Assembly (NCBI RefSeq): GCF_036971445.1
Contig: NW_027211801.1
Coordinates: 1,302,001 to 1,366,000, forward strand
Length of the DNA stretch: 64,000 bases
Reading direction: 5' to 3'
DNA from: Narcine bancroftii
Lineage: Eukaryota
Position 1 is the first letter of the stretch, and every line of letters starts with the position of its first letter. The notes beneath the pieces are model-generated. The model ran no database searches. It saw only the letters and a program-made list of their open reading frames with translations, and had not been told where the DNA came from. Made by a program: the position numbers and the translations under genes. Shown here in pieces: positions 36,420 to 49,800 of the stretch.

Positions 36420-39400
36420 CGGTCCAGACAGGCAAAGACAAAGCTGCGCGATTGGATTCCTCGAACTCCCGGAGCCAATCTGGTTCTAGCGTGTGCAAAG
36501 CGGCTCCGGAGGCTCTGTTTATGAAGGGATGCCCATGAGGGAGAGTTGTCACGAGAACGCTGTGGGGTGGAGAATCACCTAATCTGGTTGTGATCCCTGA
36601 AATAATCAGATTTGTTCTCATATCACATACATGATATAACATAAACTTTCTCCTGCAAGAGAGAGGGATAATTACAGAGACAGACAGTGCCCTCCATCAA
36701 AGAACATTACAGACAAAACAGGCCCTTCAGCCCATCTAGTCTGTGTCGAACCATGTTACTGCCTAGTCCCACTGACATGCACCCCACCCATAGCCGTCCA
36801 TACCCCTCCCATATACTTCTAAAATGTGAACATTGAGCATGCATTCACCACTTTAGCTGGCACCTCATTCCACACTCCCACCGCTCTCTGTGTGAAGTTC
36901 ACCCAAATCTTTTCCCCTTTCTCCCTTGACCCATGTTCTCTGGTCTATATCTCACCTCCCCTCACGGGAAAATCCTGCCTATATTTACTCTGTCTATCTC
37001 CCTCATAATTTTAAATACCTCTATCAAACCTCCATTCATTCTTCTACATTCCAGGGATTAAAGTCCTAACCTGTTTAACCTTTACTTGTACCTCAGTTCC
37101 TGAAGTTGGGGAAACTTCCTAGTAAATCTTCTCTGCTCTCTTTCAATCTTTGTGATAACTTTCCTGTAGTTTGGTGATCAAAACTGCACACAATGCTCCA
37201 GATTTGGTCTCACCAATATCTCATAGAACTTGACCAAAACGTCCCAACTCCTGTTCTCAATACTTCAATTTATGAAGGTCAAGATTCCAAAAGCTCTCTT
37301 TACGCCCCTATACCCCCATGATGCCATGTTCAGACAATGATGTATCTATATTCTTAGGTTCCTCTGTTCTCCCCTACTGGAATGTTTCGAACTAAGATGG
37401 TTTTTCCCTTTAATTACATGTGAATTGTCTGATTTCAAGTTGAAAACTGAGGAGAACAGCAACAAATAAAGTCCACATTATTTGTACACAGTTTGGTTTG
37501 ACCATGGAGAAATTACAGCCCTTTTTATCCATAGTCCCATCATTTCAGCGAACCATAACGTTTGGGACATTTGACTTCACCGCTGTTTGTGAGAACTCAG
37601 GTATGTTTAATTGCTTCATTGGTGCAGGTATAAGTGAGCGAGACTTGCTCTAAGCGTTTGGAGTCTGTGGTTGCCATCTTTCTACACGAGGACCAGAGTT
37701 GAGCCAATGAAAGTTAAAGAATCCATTATGAGGCTGGAAAACCAGAATAAAACAGTGAGAGTCATCGTCAAACCTTAGTCTCCGATGGACAGTCGCCATG
37801 ATGTATCCACACCTGCCTCCTGAAGAGTGTTTCTGATCGGTCCGACAAGAATTTGGAGAATCTTCTTCATTCTGCTGAGATTTCTTCTGTCATCAACAGT
37901 GGAGATTTTTTTTGGTCGACCAGTCCCATTGCATTGACTGCGATCACCTGGATCCTTTTTCTTCTCAATGATGTTCCAAACAGTTGATTTTGGTCATTCT
38001 GAGATTTGGGCGATGTCCCTTACTGTTTTATTCTGGTTTTCCACCCTCACAGTCACTTCTTTGACTCGGATTGGCATGTTTGTGCCAATATATCCTGATT
38101 CTGATGGATTTATCTCCACAGATGCTACTTGGCTGGCTGAGTCCTTCCAGTCACCCTTCACTTTTATTTATTTTGCTTTTCATAAGATGGCTTTTAACAA
38201 CGTGGACATAATTAAGGAAAGGAAATCAGCACTGGCGTTTCAGCCATGGATACATTGCAGGAGTTCAGGGACTGGAATCTTGGCCTTCAGTTCTGGATGG
38301 ATTGAATTTAGTAGCAGGCAGATTGTGCTATAACTATACAAAGTCCTGCTCAGGCTGCATCTGGAGAACTGCAGCAGTTCTGGTCTCCTTACCTGAGGAA
38401 GGATGTACTGGCTTTAAAGCGGTGCAGAGGACGTTCACCAAGTTGATTCCAGAGATGAAGGGGTTGGCCTATGAAGAGAGAATGAGTCGTCTGTGTCTGC
38501 ACTTGCTGGAATTTAGAAGAATGGGACGGGATCTTACAGAAATGTATAAAATCATGAAATGTATAGATAAATAGAGGTCGGTGAGTTGTTCCCATTGGTG
38601 AGGGAGACCAGAACAAGGGGACTTTGCCTCAAGATTCAGGGGAGTAGCTTTAGGATAGAGATGAGGAGGAACTGCTATTCCCAGAGGGTGGGGAATCTGT
38701 GGAATTCGCTGCCTATTGAAGCATTCCAGGCAACCTCAGTAAATATATTGAAGGCAAGGTTGTTTTGATTTTTAAATAGTAGGTGAATTAAGGGATATGG
38801 GGAAAAGGCAGGTCAGTGTAAATGAACCAATCATCAGGTTAGAGAAAAGGCATGATGTATCTGGGAATTGTTCCCTCCTCCCTCAACCTCAGGCCTAGAC
38901 AGACAATGGCTCCCATGGTCGAGAAGACAGCTGCATTCTGTGGTTCTCATTAGATCCCTCTGGGGACCTTGGCGGTGTTGCCCAAGCCTTTACTTAGCTG
39001 CCATTACACAAATCAACAATGTTTCTAATTCTGCAGGCAGGTTTTGTGGTCACTGGGCCCCAGCAGTTGGTGAGGGGGGAGGGGAAGGGGCAGGAAGGGA
39101 GGGAGAGCTGATGTGGGCTGTGTGTTTATACTTCTGGAAATATTAATGCTCAACCATTTACTGCGAGGCTCTGGATGAAAGTATTACAGATAAACATTGC
39201 AGTCTGGAGATAAACACATCAGAATAAAGTACTGAGATTCAGTCTGGGAGCAAAGGCCGAGAGGGAGGCAGAAACAACAGGTAGTCGGTGTAAGAGACAG
39301 GGCAGGGGGCACTGAGGGTTGTAATGGGACAAAAGGCAATTAAAGTGGTAGCAGATTATTGCTTCTCAGACTGGAGGCCTGTCACTAGTGGTGTGTCTCA

Positions 39401-39559
39401 GGGATCAGGGCTGGGGCCATTGCTGCTTGGTTTTATTAATTTTTTTTATTTAAATGTTTAAAATCATAATTTTCAATCAATAATGAATTATATATATATG
39501 ATAATACATGTGGTGTATATACCAATCCCTCACTCCTTCCTCCCTTTGAGCCCCCACCC

Positions 39560-42000
39560 CTTGACCACCTGAAGCCAAGTGCAGGGGCTGAGCAGGGGTC
39601 CGTCGAGGTGATTCACCTGGACCAATTGGTTGAAGGTGAGGGCTGAGTCCGGGCAAGCTGTCTGGACACAGCACCTGGTGATTTAGGTGGGCTAATCGCA
39701 AGGGTCAACTTGATTGCTTGGGGAGATCTTGATTGGGAGGTAGGGTGTCCTCCCAACAGGAGCTCAGTAGTGCTACCAGGTGATGGATGCTGGCTCTCCA
39801 TTACAGTCCATCCCTTCGGAAGACATACTGCACGCCAATAATATATGACAGGAGATTACTAAGTCTAATGGATTAAGGCTGAGGTGCGTATGTTTCGACA
39901 GGCAAAACAAAGAATAATCCGCGCTATAATAATTGGAATAAATACAGTCCCCCAGTATATGATAGTTGCCTAGACATTCCCAATGGAGCCAAATGGCCAC
40001 AAGTCTCCCCATGAGATGATGTGCTGGAGAAACTGCTCCCTGGAATTTTATAATTTTAGCCACTGAGTCCCAAATATGGTCAGCAAGGTGGGTGATGTTG
40101 GAGGATGCGTCAGGTAGGTAGATGCAGCGTCCTGACCAATTACAGCACAGGTACCACCCTATTCACTGCCAGCAGGTAGTCAAGGGCCTTGCAATTTTGC
40201 AGTGCGACCATCTGGACCGCCGTCAGCTCCACAGCTGCTCGGTCAAGGTGTCCTGTGTATGCTGAAATGTCTCTGCCATCTCGTTGGCCAACTTCTCAAG
40301 GAGAGCAGTCATCTGGATCTCTTCAGTGGAAAGCCGGGAGGTACCGTACCTGGGGAAGGCGATCATCCAGAACCTTTCCGCCGCTGTGATAGTTCTCTTG
40401 TTGCGCTGGTCTCCAAAGGCTGGGTGCTCCCCCAGGTCATTGAGAGTGTGGATGTAAGGCACAATGAATGCGGGAAACTGCAGCCGAGACTGGTGCCAGG
40501 CAGCCAGAGGTAGGTTCAATGGATGCATACCCAGTGGGTGACATTCAGGGTCCAGGGAGCCCCCAGCATGTTGACACCTTTGGAGGTGTCGTGTACCCAC
40601 TATGCAGGCAGTCACTGTCTCCGACTGGGAGGTTGGAGGTGTGTCTGATGGGGAGTCTGCACCAGCACTCCTTTGGTTTGTGGAGGAGCTGTGGGATGAC
40701 GAGGGGTGGGGGGCGGGGGGGGGGGAGAGTGGTCAGGACTCAAGTGGAGAGCAAATTGTAAAAATTGAAATACTAGTTCCTAACATACCCACCGCATCTG
40801 GGGTCAGAGGAGGGGACAGTGTTCATTGGAGAGGTCAAGGATAGTGGGCTGCCTTCAGGCCCATCTCATATAGATAAGCTGAAGCCCGCTGGAGAAAAGA
40901 GTCTATGTAAGCAGTTCATCTGACACTCGTCCAGCAGGATGGGAGTCAGTGGTGGTGATTGATCGGTGTGTGCTGGGGTTTGGACGCTGATCCAGCAGTC
41001 CGATCTGTTAGTCTTAGTGGCAAAGGCTCAGGCAACGTAGGGGAAGGTGTTTGCCGGTGTGACATTACCGATGATCGCAGCGAGCAGTGGGGACATGTTG
41101 GAGACTTGCATGGTCCCGTGGAGTGAAAGAATAATGGGGAGAGTGAGGAGTGGGGGGATAAACTCATTGTCTCTGAGTAAGATGGTGGGTGTGGAGACAA
41201 GGTTAGTCTGACCTGGGATTGTGACCCAACTTGTGTCCCTAGGACCTCACATGGCAATTTCTCCCTTCTGGACGGGATCTTTTGTCTGTTGTATCCACAT
41301 TCTCCCCGAGTTCTCTGTCTCAGATGGTTTGGTGGGCTCAGATTCAGGAGGTGGGGCGTGTGCCAGGTGGCGTGACAGTAGGGTCTGCCCTTGGCCGGTG
41401 GGCTGTGTGTTTAAATGATCCCCAGCCTGCTACAGCATGCTCAGCCAACCCCGCAGTGTGTGGGAGGGGGTCAGGGTGCGGATACTCTCTTTGAGCAGAC
41501 CGTTCATCCTTTCAATTAGGCCGAATGCCTGTGGGTAGGAAGGGATGTGGAGTAACTACGAGATCCCCACCTCAGCAGCCCAGACCTGGGCTTCAGCACC
41601 CATGAAGTGTGAGCCCTGATCAGATTGTAACTTCCAGGGGGCTCCATGGATAGATGAGAGGCGCTGGAATACTTTGAAGTGGTTATTCTGGTCAGCTTTC
41701 TCACAGGGTACTGCCACCAATGCACCAGAATATGTGTCCACACTCGTCAGGACATATTTTTTTCATTTAGGCGTGTGGCTCTCCGATATAGTCAATCCAC
41801 CATATGTGTCCTGCTCCCGCGCCATGGCGAATATGACCTGGCAGTCCCATTGGATAACCCCTTGGCTTCACCTGTTGGCAGACAGGGCAGTCAAACACAC
41901 CAGTTTTGCGCATTTCTAGGGTGAGGGAAACCCCACAACTTTCTGCCTATCGTCGTGATCTTTGGGCCCCGAGGTGGACACCTTCCCGGTGTGCCCATGA
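39560..42000 (-). mobile_element. Degenerate ERV: integrase and env remnants
   Basis: Integrase VDTYSGAL..PC.KADQ...LQSDQGSHF (41556-41741). Env RNKR furin site plus fusion-peptide-like ERFWMIAFP (40223-40615), then frameshifted VALQNCKALDYLLA and GGTCAVIG. Confidence 0.78.
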
Positions 42001-42229
42001 AGCCAGAACCCATTGTCAATCTCTTGAGGAGGAGTAATTTCCTCGTGTCCCCCCAGGAAGTGGTATGTGATGTTTGGTGTTTCCCTCACCCAACAGGACC
42101 ATGGCTAAAATGATAAAATACCAGGGAGCAGTTTGCCCAGCACATCACCTCATGGGGAGACTGATGGCCATTTTGCTCCATTGGGGGTGTATGGGCAACG
42201 ATCATACACTGCGGAATTGCAGCACTGGC

Positions 42230-45200
42230 AAACAGAAACAGAAGTGCTCGGCTACCGTGAGGCTAGTAAAGAAGCCCCAAAATAAGACCAGAGCAGTCCC
42301 AAACAAGGAACAGCAAACGAGAGGCAGGAGCAAGTCCAGCGACAAATGGTGTTTCTTCCACCGGAGATGGGGCACCGAGGCCCACTGATGCCAGTCCCCC
42401 TGCAAGTTCCAGGGAAATGACAAAGCCAGCCGTCACTGATGGCCACGACAGCTGGCCACCAAGAGAGCCTCCTGTACATCTGGGACCTCCTGTCCGGCAG
42501 ACACTTCCTTCTGGATACAGGAACAAATGTCATCTTGATATCCCGGACAGGGTTGCAAACGAGGTGCAGGCATGTTGAAGGCTTCCAACAACACCAGTAA
42601 ATGGACCTTTGGCACTCATAGGGCCGACCCGCAGTTCGGAGGCAGTCACTTCCCGTGGGATTTCACGCTGGCCAAATGCTACAACTATTCCTCGGAGTGG
42701 ATGTCCAGCAAGTCAAGAGCCTCCTAGTGGACCTTAATGGTAAGCGACTCATCCACATTGAGAACGACCAGACCATCACACTGATGGGCACTAGGTTTCT
42801 GGCAATGCACCTGGACTCTGTCCACAGCTTGGAGGATTTGTTGTCCAAGGTGCTAGTGAGAATCTCAGCAATCATTTCCCCTTAGTTCACAGTGGAGATG
42901 CCTCGACACGGCATCACACATCACATCCTGACCAAGGGCACATTTCTCCACGCAAGGGCGAGACAATTTCCCCCGGAGAAGCTACAACTGGCTAAGGAGG
43001 ATTTTTGCAAGCTCGAGGTGTTGGGTGTTGTTCGATGGTCAGACAGCCCAGGGGCCATGCCCCTGCACATGGTGCCTAAAACAACTGAATGCTGGAGACC
43101 GTGTGGCGACTATCGTCGGCTCAACAAAGCCACCACCCTGGACCACTACCCGGTGCAACACTTCCAGGATTTTGCGGCAAACTTGCATGGGGCAACAATA
43201 TTCTCAAAAGTGGACCTCGTGCGAGGATATCACCAGAACGCGGAGCATCTTGATGACATCCCTAAGACACCTTGCATTGCTCCATTTGGGCTCTTCGAGT
43301 TCTTGAGAATGCCATTCGAGCTCAAAGATGTGTCATAGACATTCCAGTGGCTGAATGACCCAGTAGGTCGAGACCTGGACGGCACTTTCATCTACCTTAA
43401 CAATATCCTCGTGGCAAGTAGAACCCGACAGAAGCATCTTCAGCACCTTTGAAATCTCTGTAGTCATCTGCAATAGTTCGGCCTCACCATCAACCTGATC
43501 AAATGCCACTTTGCCCTGAACACTATCGACTTCCTGAGCCACAGGATTACAAAGGACGGGGCCACACCACTGCCTGAAAAGGTAGAGGCCATCCGCAACT
43601 TCCCGAAGACCAGTACAACCAAAGATCTGCAGGAGTTTGTGGGGATGATAAACTTTTAACGAAGGTTTATCCCAGCAGTTTTTTGAGTGATGTGCCCTCT
43701 GTTCATTTTAATGTCCAGCAAGGAGAAGGACGTGACCTCGGATGGTGAATCCGCACGTGCGTTTGTGGAAACCAAAGAAGCCCTGGCCAAAGCTGCACTC
43801 CTGACCCACCCCAGACCAGATGCACCCATGGCCCTCACAGTTGATGCCTCAGGAACAGCGATTGGTGGAGACCTGGAGCAGCAGATAGAAGGAAGTTTGT
43901 ACCCACTAGCTTTCTTCAGCAAACATCTGCGGCCCCCCGAACTAAACAACAGTGTTTTCGATAGAGAGTTGTTGGGGCTGTACTTAGCCATCCGCCACTT
44001 CCGGTACTTTCTTGAGGGAAGGGCTTTCCCGGCTTTTGTGGACCACAAACCACTGACTTTCGCCCTGGCTAAAATCTCCAATCCCTGGTCATCCCACCAA
44101 CAGAGATTCTTGTCTTACATCTCGGAGTACACCACCAACTTCCAGCACATCTTGGGCAAAGACAATGTGGTCGCAGATGCCTTGTCGAGACACAGCATCC
44201 ACTCCCTGGTCAATGGTCTGGACTTTGGAGCCCGGCAGAGGCACAGCAGCAGGATGACGAGATCCCGCAGTACAGGACCACTGTCACAGGCCTTCGCCTT
44301 CAGGACTTTCCAGTTGTCATAGGTACTACCACCCTCCTGTGTGACGTGGCCACCGGGCAGGTTTGACCTTTTGTCCCAACGGCATGGAGGGGATGAGCTT
44401 TTGACTCCAACCATGGGCTGGCACTCCCATCCATCAGGACTACTGTCTAGCTGGTGACCAGCAAATACATGTGGCATGGATTGCAGAAACAAGTCCGGGG
44501 GTGGGCCAAGACATGTCTTTGGCTTGGCTTCGCGGACGAAGATTTATGGAGGGGGTAAATGTCCACGTCAGCTGCAGGCTCGTTTGTGGCTGACAAGTCC
44601 GATGCGGGACAGGCAGACACGGTTGCAGCGGTTGCAGGGGAAAATTGGTTGGTTGGGGTGGGGTGTTGGGTTTTTCCTCCTTTGCCTTTTGTCAGTGAGG
44701 TGGGCTCTGCGGTCTTCTTCAAAGGAGGTTGCTGCCCTCCCAACTGTGAGGCGCCAAGATGCACGGTTTGAGGCGATATCAGCCCACTGGCGGTGGTCAA
44801 TGTGGCAGGCACCAAGAGATTTCTTTAGGCAGTCTTTGTACCTTTTCTTTGGTGCACCTCTGTCACGGTGGCCAGTGGAGAGCTCGGCATAGAACACGAT
44901 CTTGGGAAAGCGATGGTCCTCCATTCTGGAGACGTGACCCACCCAGCGCAGCTGGATCTTCAGCAGCGTGGACTCGATGCTGTCGACCTCTGCCATCTTG
45001 AGTACTTCAACGTTAGGGATGAAAGCGCTCCAATGAATGTTGAGGATGGAGCGGAGACAACGCTGATGGAAGCGTTCTAGGAGCCGTAGGTGATGCCGGT
45101 AGAGGACCCATGATTCGGAGCTGAACAGGAGTGTGGGTATGACAACGGCTCTGTATACGCTTATCTTTGTGAGGTTTTTCAGTTGGTTGTTTTTCCAGAC

Positions 45201-46015
45201 TCTTTTGTGTAGTCTTCAAAATGCGCTATTTGCCTTGGCGAGTCTGTTGTCTATCTCGTTTTCGATCCTTGCATCTGATGAAATGGTGCAGCCGAGATAG
45301 ATTAACTGGTTGACCGTTTTGAGTTTTGTGTGCCTGATGGAGATGTGGGGGGGCTAGTAGTCATGGTGGGGAGCAGGCTGATGGAGGACCTCAGTTTTCT
45401 TCGGGCTGACTTCCAGGCCAAACATTTTGGCAGTTTCCGCAAAACAGGACGTCAAGCGCTGAAGAGCTGGCTCTGAATGGGCAACTAAAGCGGCATCGTC
45501 TGCACGGACAAGTTTCTCTTGTTTCTTGGTGTGAGCTTGCAAGCGCCTCAGATTGAAGAGACTGCCATCCGTGCGGTACCGGATGTAAACAGCGTCAGTG
45601 CAAAACAGCCAAAGTGCACCAACACACCAAGGTCCCCCACCAGCCTTTCGAGACTTTTGAGGTTTGACAACATTCTTATGGACAGTGGGACCCTTGCCAG
45701 TCTCTCAGCGTTTACGCTACCTGTTCACAGTGGTCGACTGCCACACCCGGTGGCCAGAGCAATCCCCGTGGCTGACACATCCACCAGGTCCTGTGCCAAA
45801 GCACTCCTCTCGTCCTGGATTGCAAGATTCGTACTGCCACAGCACATCACTTCTGACTGAGGTGCACAGTTCACCTTGAGTTTGTGAACCGACATTGACA
45901 ACCTGTGGGGCAGTCAGCTACATCATACGACCCATACCATCCACAAGCCAATGTCATAGTGGAGTATTTCCACAGGCACCTCAAGACTGCCCTCATGACC
46001 AGACTCAAGGGCCTG
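42230..46015 (+). mobile_element. Degenerate Gypsy/Ty3 pol (protease, RT, RNase H, integrase) interrupted by RTE
   Basis: FLLDTG, WRPCGDYRRLN, FSKVDLVRGYHQ, LTVDASG, DHKPL, ADALSR, and integrase fragments after 45598. Confidence 0.9.
44516..45597 (-). mobile_element. 5'-truncated RTE LINE inserted in Gypsy integrase
   Basis: Same family as the other RTE copies, includes the ADDAAL RT region. Gypsy sequence resumes after it. Confidence 0.9.
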
Positions 46016-46826
46016 TTTCAGAGTTCTGTGTTATGTATTGACATATGTGTTGTGTGGTTTTATGTTAAAAAGTGACAGTTTGCCTTTGAGAGTCAAGGTG
46101 AAGGTGGACTGCAGAAAGTGGGAGACGGACTGGGCATGTGCAGAAGATGATCGAGAAATTTCTGGATGTGGAAGACAAACCACCCTTGAGTGTGGCTGTG
46201 AAGTGGAAGGAGGCCCAAGCAGAGTCAATGTCTGGGAGACAGTTTGGAATGTTGGGCAACTTAAAAGGGATCACATTCTGGAAAAAGCCAGAAGGATCTG
46301 GACCAAGCCTCTGTTCCTCTCTTGGCAAGCAACACAAGAAGACCACTTCATATTTTGTGCTCATTTTAGATTTAGACATACAGCACAGTAATAGGCCCGT
46401 CAGTCCACGAGCCCAGACCACTCAATTACACCAGTGACTTCCAACCCCCAGTAGGTTTTGAAGGGTGAGAAGACCCAAAGCACCTGGAGGAAACCCATGC
46501 AGATACCGGGAGAATGAACAAACTCCATACAGACAGAGCCAAATTCAAACCCAAGTCGCTGGCACCTTAACAGGGTGGTGGTAACTGTGGCACTAATCAT
46601 GCCACCCTCAATTATTCCCAGGATACTTCCTCCTACTTTCACTGAGCTGCAATTGCTTCCAATTCCAGTGCCCTTGTTTCCCAGTGACCCTGCCCAGTGA
46701 CTCTGTCCCCAGTGCCTCCCACTGATCAGATGACCAATGCTACCTTTCACAGCTCCCGCCCCAACTTTTCTACCCCAACTCCACCAACCACAAACTCCCC
46801 ACACCCATCCTGTCCTGCCCACACAC

Positions 46827-49800
46827 CCACAGGGCCAAGGTTGATGATGGGCGGTAGCTCCCAGCCATTGGGCAACCTGCTGCTAGGATCGCACAACTCA
46901 ACGAGTGGGAGCAAGAGTCCTGGGGCAAGAGGTGGATGGCAGGAGTTTACTGCAGTAGCTGGCTGCACAGGGCCACACCCTCTGAGTGGGGTAGGGGGTC
47001 TGCCTTTTGAAGACCTGCAGTGGCAAGAGAGAGGAATAGGACATGGAGATTGTGGGCAGATTTCCCGACACCAAGGGGCAGGGGTCTCCCCACCTTGTTG
47101 AAGGTTTGGGACATTGCCATCAGGAAGGAGACTGGACCACTGCCCAACACACACCTCCACCTTCTGGGGGTCCTAAGAGCAGCTCAGTTTCCAAGGCTTA
47201 TCAATGGGGAAAGGGAGGTTGGGGAATGGGGTTGAGGCTGATTGGAGATGGACACATTGAGGTGAGGGAACCAGTATAGTGGGAGGCATGGGACAGGAGT
47301 TTTGGGGATAGGGCTGGAAGGGGGCAGGGGCTTTGGGGATGGACCCGGCAGATGATGGGATTTGTTGGTGATCCAGGTGTGGGATGGGGTTTGTGGATGA
47401 TCCTGGCGTGATATGGGGTTTGTGGGAGGAATTGGTGAGGGAAGGAATTGGGGATGGTCATGGTGGTGGATGGGATTGATGTTGGACTCAGTGGGGTATG
47501 GGATTGTGGACTGACCCCGGCAGGAGATAGGATTGGAGGTGGACCCAGTGGGGGATGCAACTGGGGACTGACTCATTGGGGGATGGGTTAGAGATGGACA
47601 TAGTGGGGGATGGGATTGAGGACTGACCCAATAGACGGAGAACACCCCCAGAACTCCAGGTCACTCATCTTGGCCACCTTGGACTAAGCTTTCTCACTTT
47701 TACATGACAATTCTCTGTCTGCCCCCTCCCCCCCCTCTCTCTCTCTCTCTCTCACTCTCTCTCTCTCTCTCTCTCTCTCTGTCTGTCCCCCTTTCTCTTC
47801 TCTCCCTATCTGGCACATCACCCTCTCTCTGTGTGTTGGACAGATTTGCCTTGTTGACTCTGGTGACGAGGCTGCCTTTCAGGTCTCCGGTGGTCACTCA
47901 CTGTTATCTGAGGGGTACTCTATAGCTCCAAAGATGAGCTCTTGTCCTTGATAATACCGGGAACAGATGAATGCTGCACTGTAATCAGCATACACTTACA
48001 CGAAGGTATCTTTACCTGCAACTCTGCCTCAAGCATCTTGGTCATTTGAACCCGTCATCCCTCATTGTGCTTCACCCCTGAATTGGCCTTGTTTGAGCCC
48101 AAGGTAAAAGGAGGGATCAGGCTTCCTCGCACCAGGTTGGTTTTTGGGGTCCAGATCAGACCCCATCACATCTACCAAAACCAGAGCTACTTGCTTTCGG
48201 GCTCAGAACACGACAACACAGGGACAGGTCTTTCTTTGCACATGTTTAAACAGGAGAGGACTTTGTTATCTGGAGCGTCGGAGAAGGAGAGGAGATTTAA
48301 TGGAGCTGTACAAAATGATGAGGGGTTTGGAAGCAGGGTTTTTCCACTGAAGTCGGGTGAGGCAAGGGTGAAGGATGAAATGTTTAGGGGGAACACGAGG
48401 GAGAATTTCTGCACGAAGAGTGGTGAGAGCATGGAACAAGCTGCCAGCTGAAGTGGTGAATGTGGGCTCGATTTTGACACTTCAAACAACTGGACAGGTA
48501 CATGGGTGGGAGGGATATGGTCCAGATGCAAGTCAGTGGGACTAGGAAGAATAATCGATCAACACGGGCTGAATAGTCCGTTTCAGTGCAGAAGTGTTCT
48601 GTGTCTGCACCAAACACAAAGCTCAGTTTGTCCAAAAATTCAGCCAGCTCCCTCTACACCCTGCATATTCACTCCATAGCAGTCATTCTCAACCTTTTGT
48701 TGACCTTACTTTCCCCCCCACCCACCCACCCCCCAGCACCTCCATCCCTCCTCACCCACCTCAGGACTCAGCACAAAGTTTATGGGCCATCTTTCTCTGT
48801 AAAACAGTCACATTTTGGTTTCTTCCGTATTTCTTTCCTACTGACTCCAAAAATAACAAAAAAATATTTATATTACCTTGATACAATGTGCTGTGGCCCC
48901 CACAGAGAACCCTCTTAAAACCTGCTATTATATCTGCTTGCATCTCTGGTCCCAGGAGCCCATTTCATGCACCCACTGTCTGGAAAAGTTAAGGCCCCAC
49001 ACATCCCCCTTCAACTCTCACTCCCTCACTTTAAACACACATCCTCTGTGGTGTGACAATTTTACCCTGGGGCAAAGGTCCTCACTGTCCAAAGCCTCTC
49101 ACAATGTTACCAACCTTGCTCAGGTCTCCCCTGAGCCTCTGATGCTCCTGAGAAAACAACCCCAAGTGTTTCTGACTTCTCCCTGTAGCTCATCTCCTCA
49201 AATCCAGCAACATCCTGCTCCTTCTTCCCTCCTCATTTCTGCCCCCATCCTACCTTTGAATTCAGGCACCTGGCCATTTCTACAGACACCTGACGAAGGG
49301 TGCAGGCCCGAAACATTAGTTACCTTTACCTTTCTATGGATTCTACGTGAATTGCCCAGTTTACCCAGCAGGTTTGTGTATTGCCCTTGGGCCCAGCATC
49401 TGCAGATTTCCGAGCCAACCCCTCCCCTATCCCTTCCCAGAGCTTCTGCATCCATTACAACATCAAGCATTGCAGACCAGTACAGGCCCTTAGGCCTACG
49501 ATCCTGTTGCCACCTTTGTAAACCTTCTGCACAACAAACTAACCCTTACCCGCACCACACCCATACCCTTCTGTTCCCTTACATCCACAAGCCTGTCTAA
49601 GAGTCTTTTAAATGTCCCTATTGTACCAGCCTCCACCACCTCCCCCGGCCACATCTTCCAAGCCCCCTTCCCTCAATGTGTCTAATAACATCTCCCCTCA
49701 CCTTAACCAGATGCCCTCTGGGATTTGCTACTGTCACTTTCAGAAAAAGTGCTGGTGTCCATCCTATCAAAGCCCCCAGAATCTTATTTAGAACAAGTAA

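Noticed and set aside
48120-48150. ctggtgcgagga (LVRG) as the missing piece of a GSK3 exon
   Set aside because: Only four codons match and the flanks do not; probably chance.
48878-49600. 240-aa plus-strand ORF
   Set aside because: A patchwork of CR1 and SINE-like fragments with low-complexity composition.
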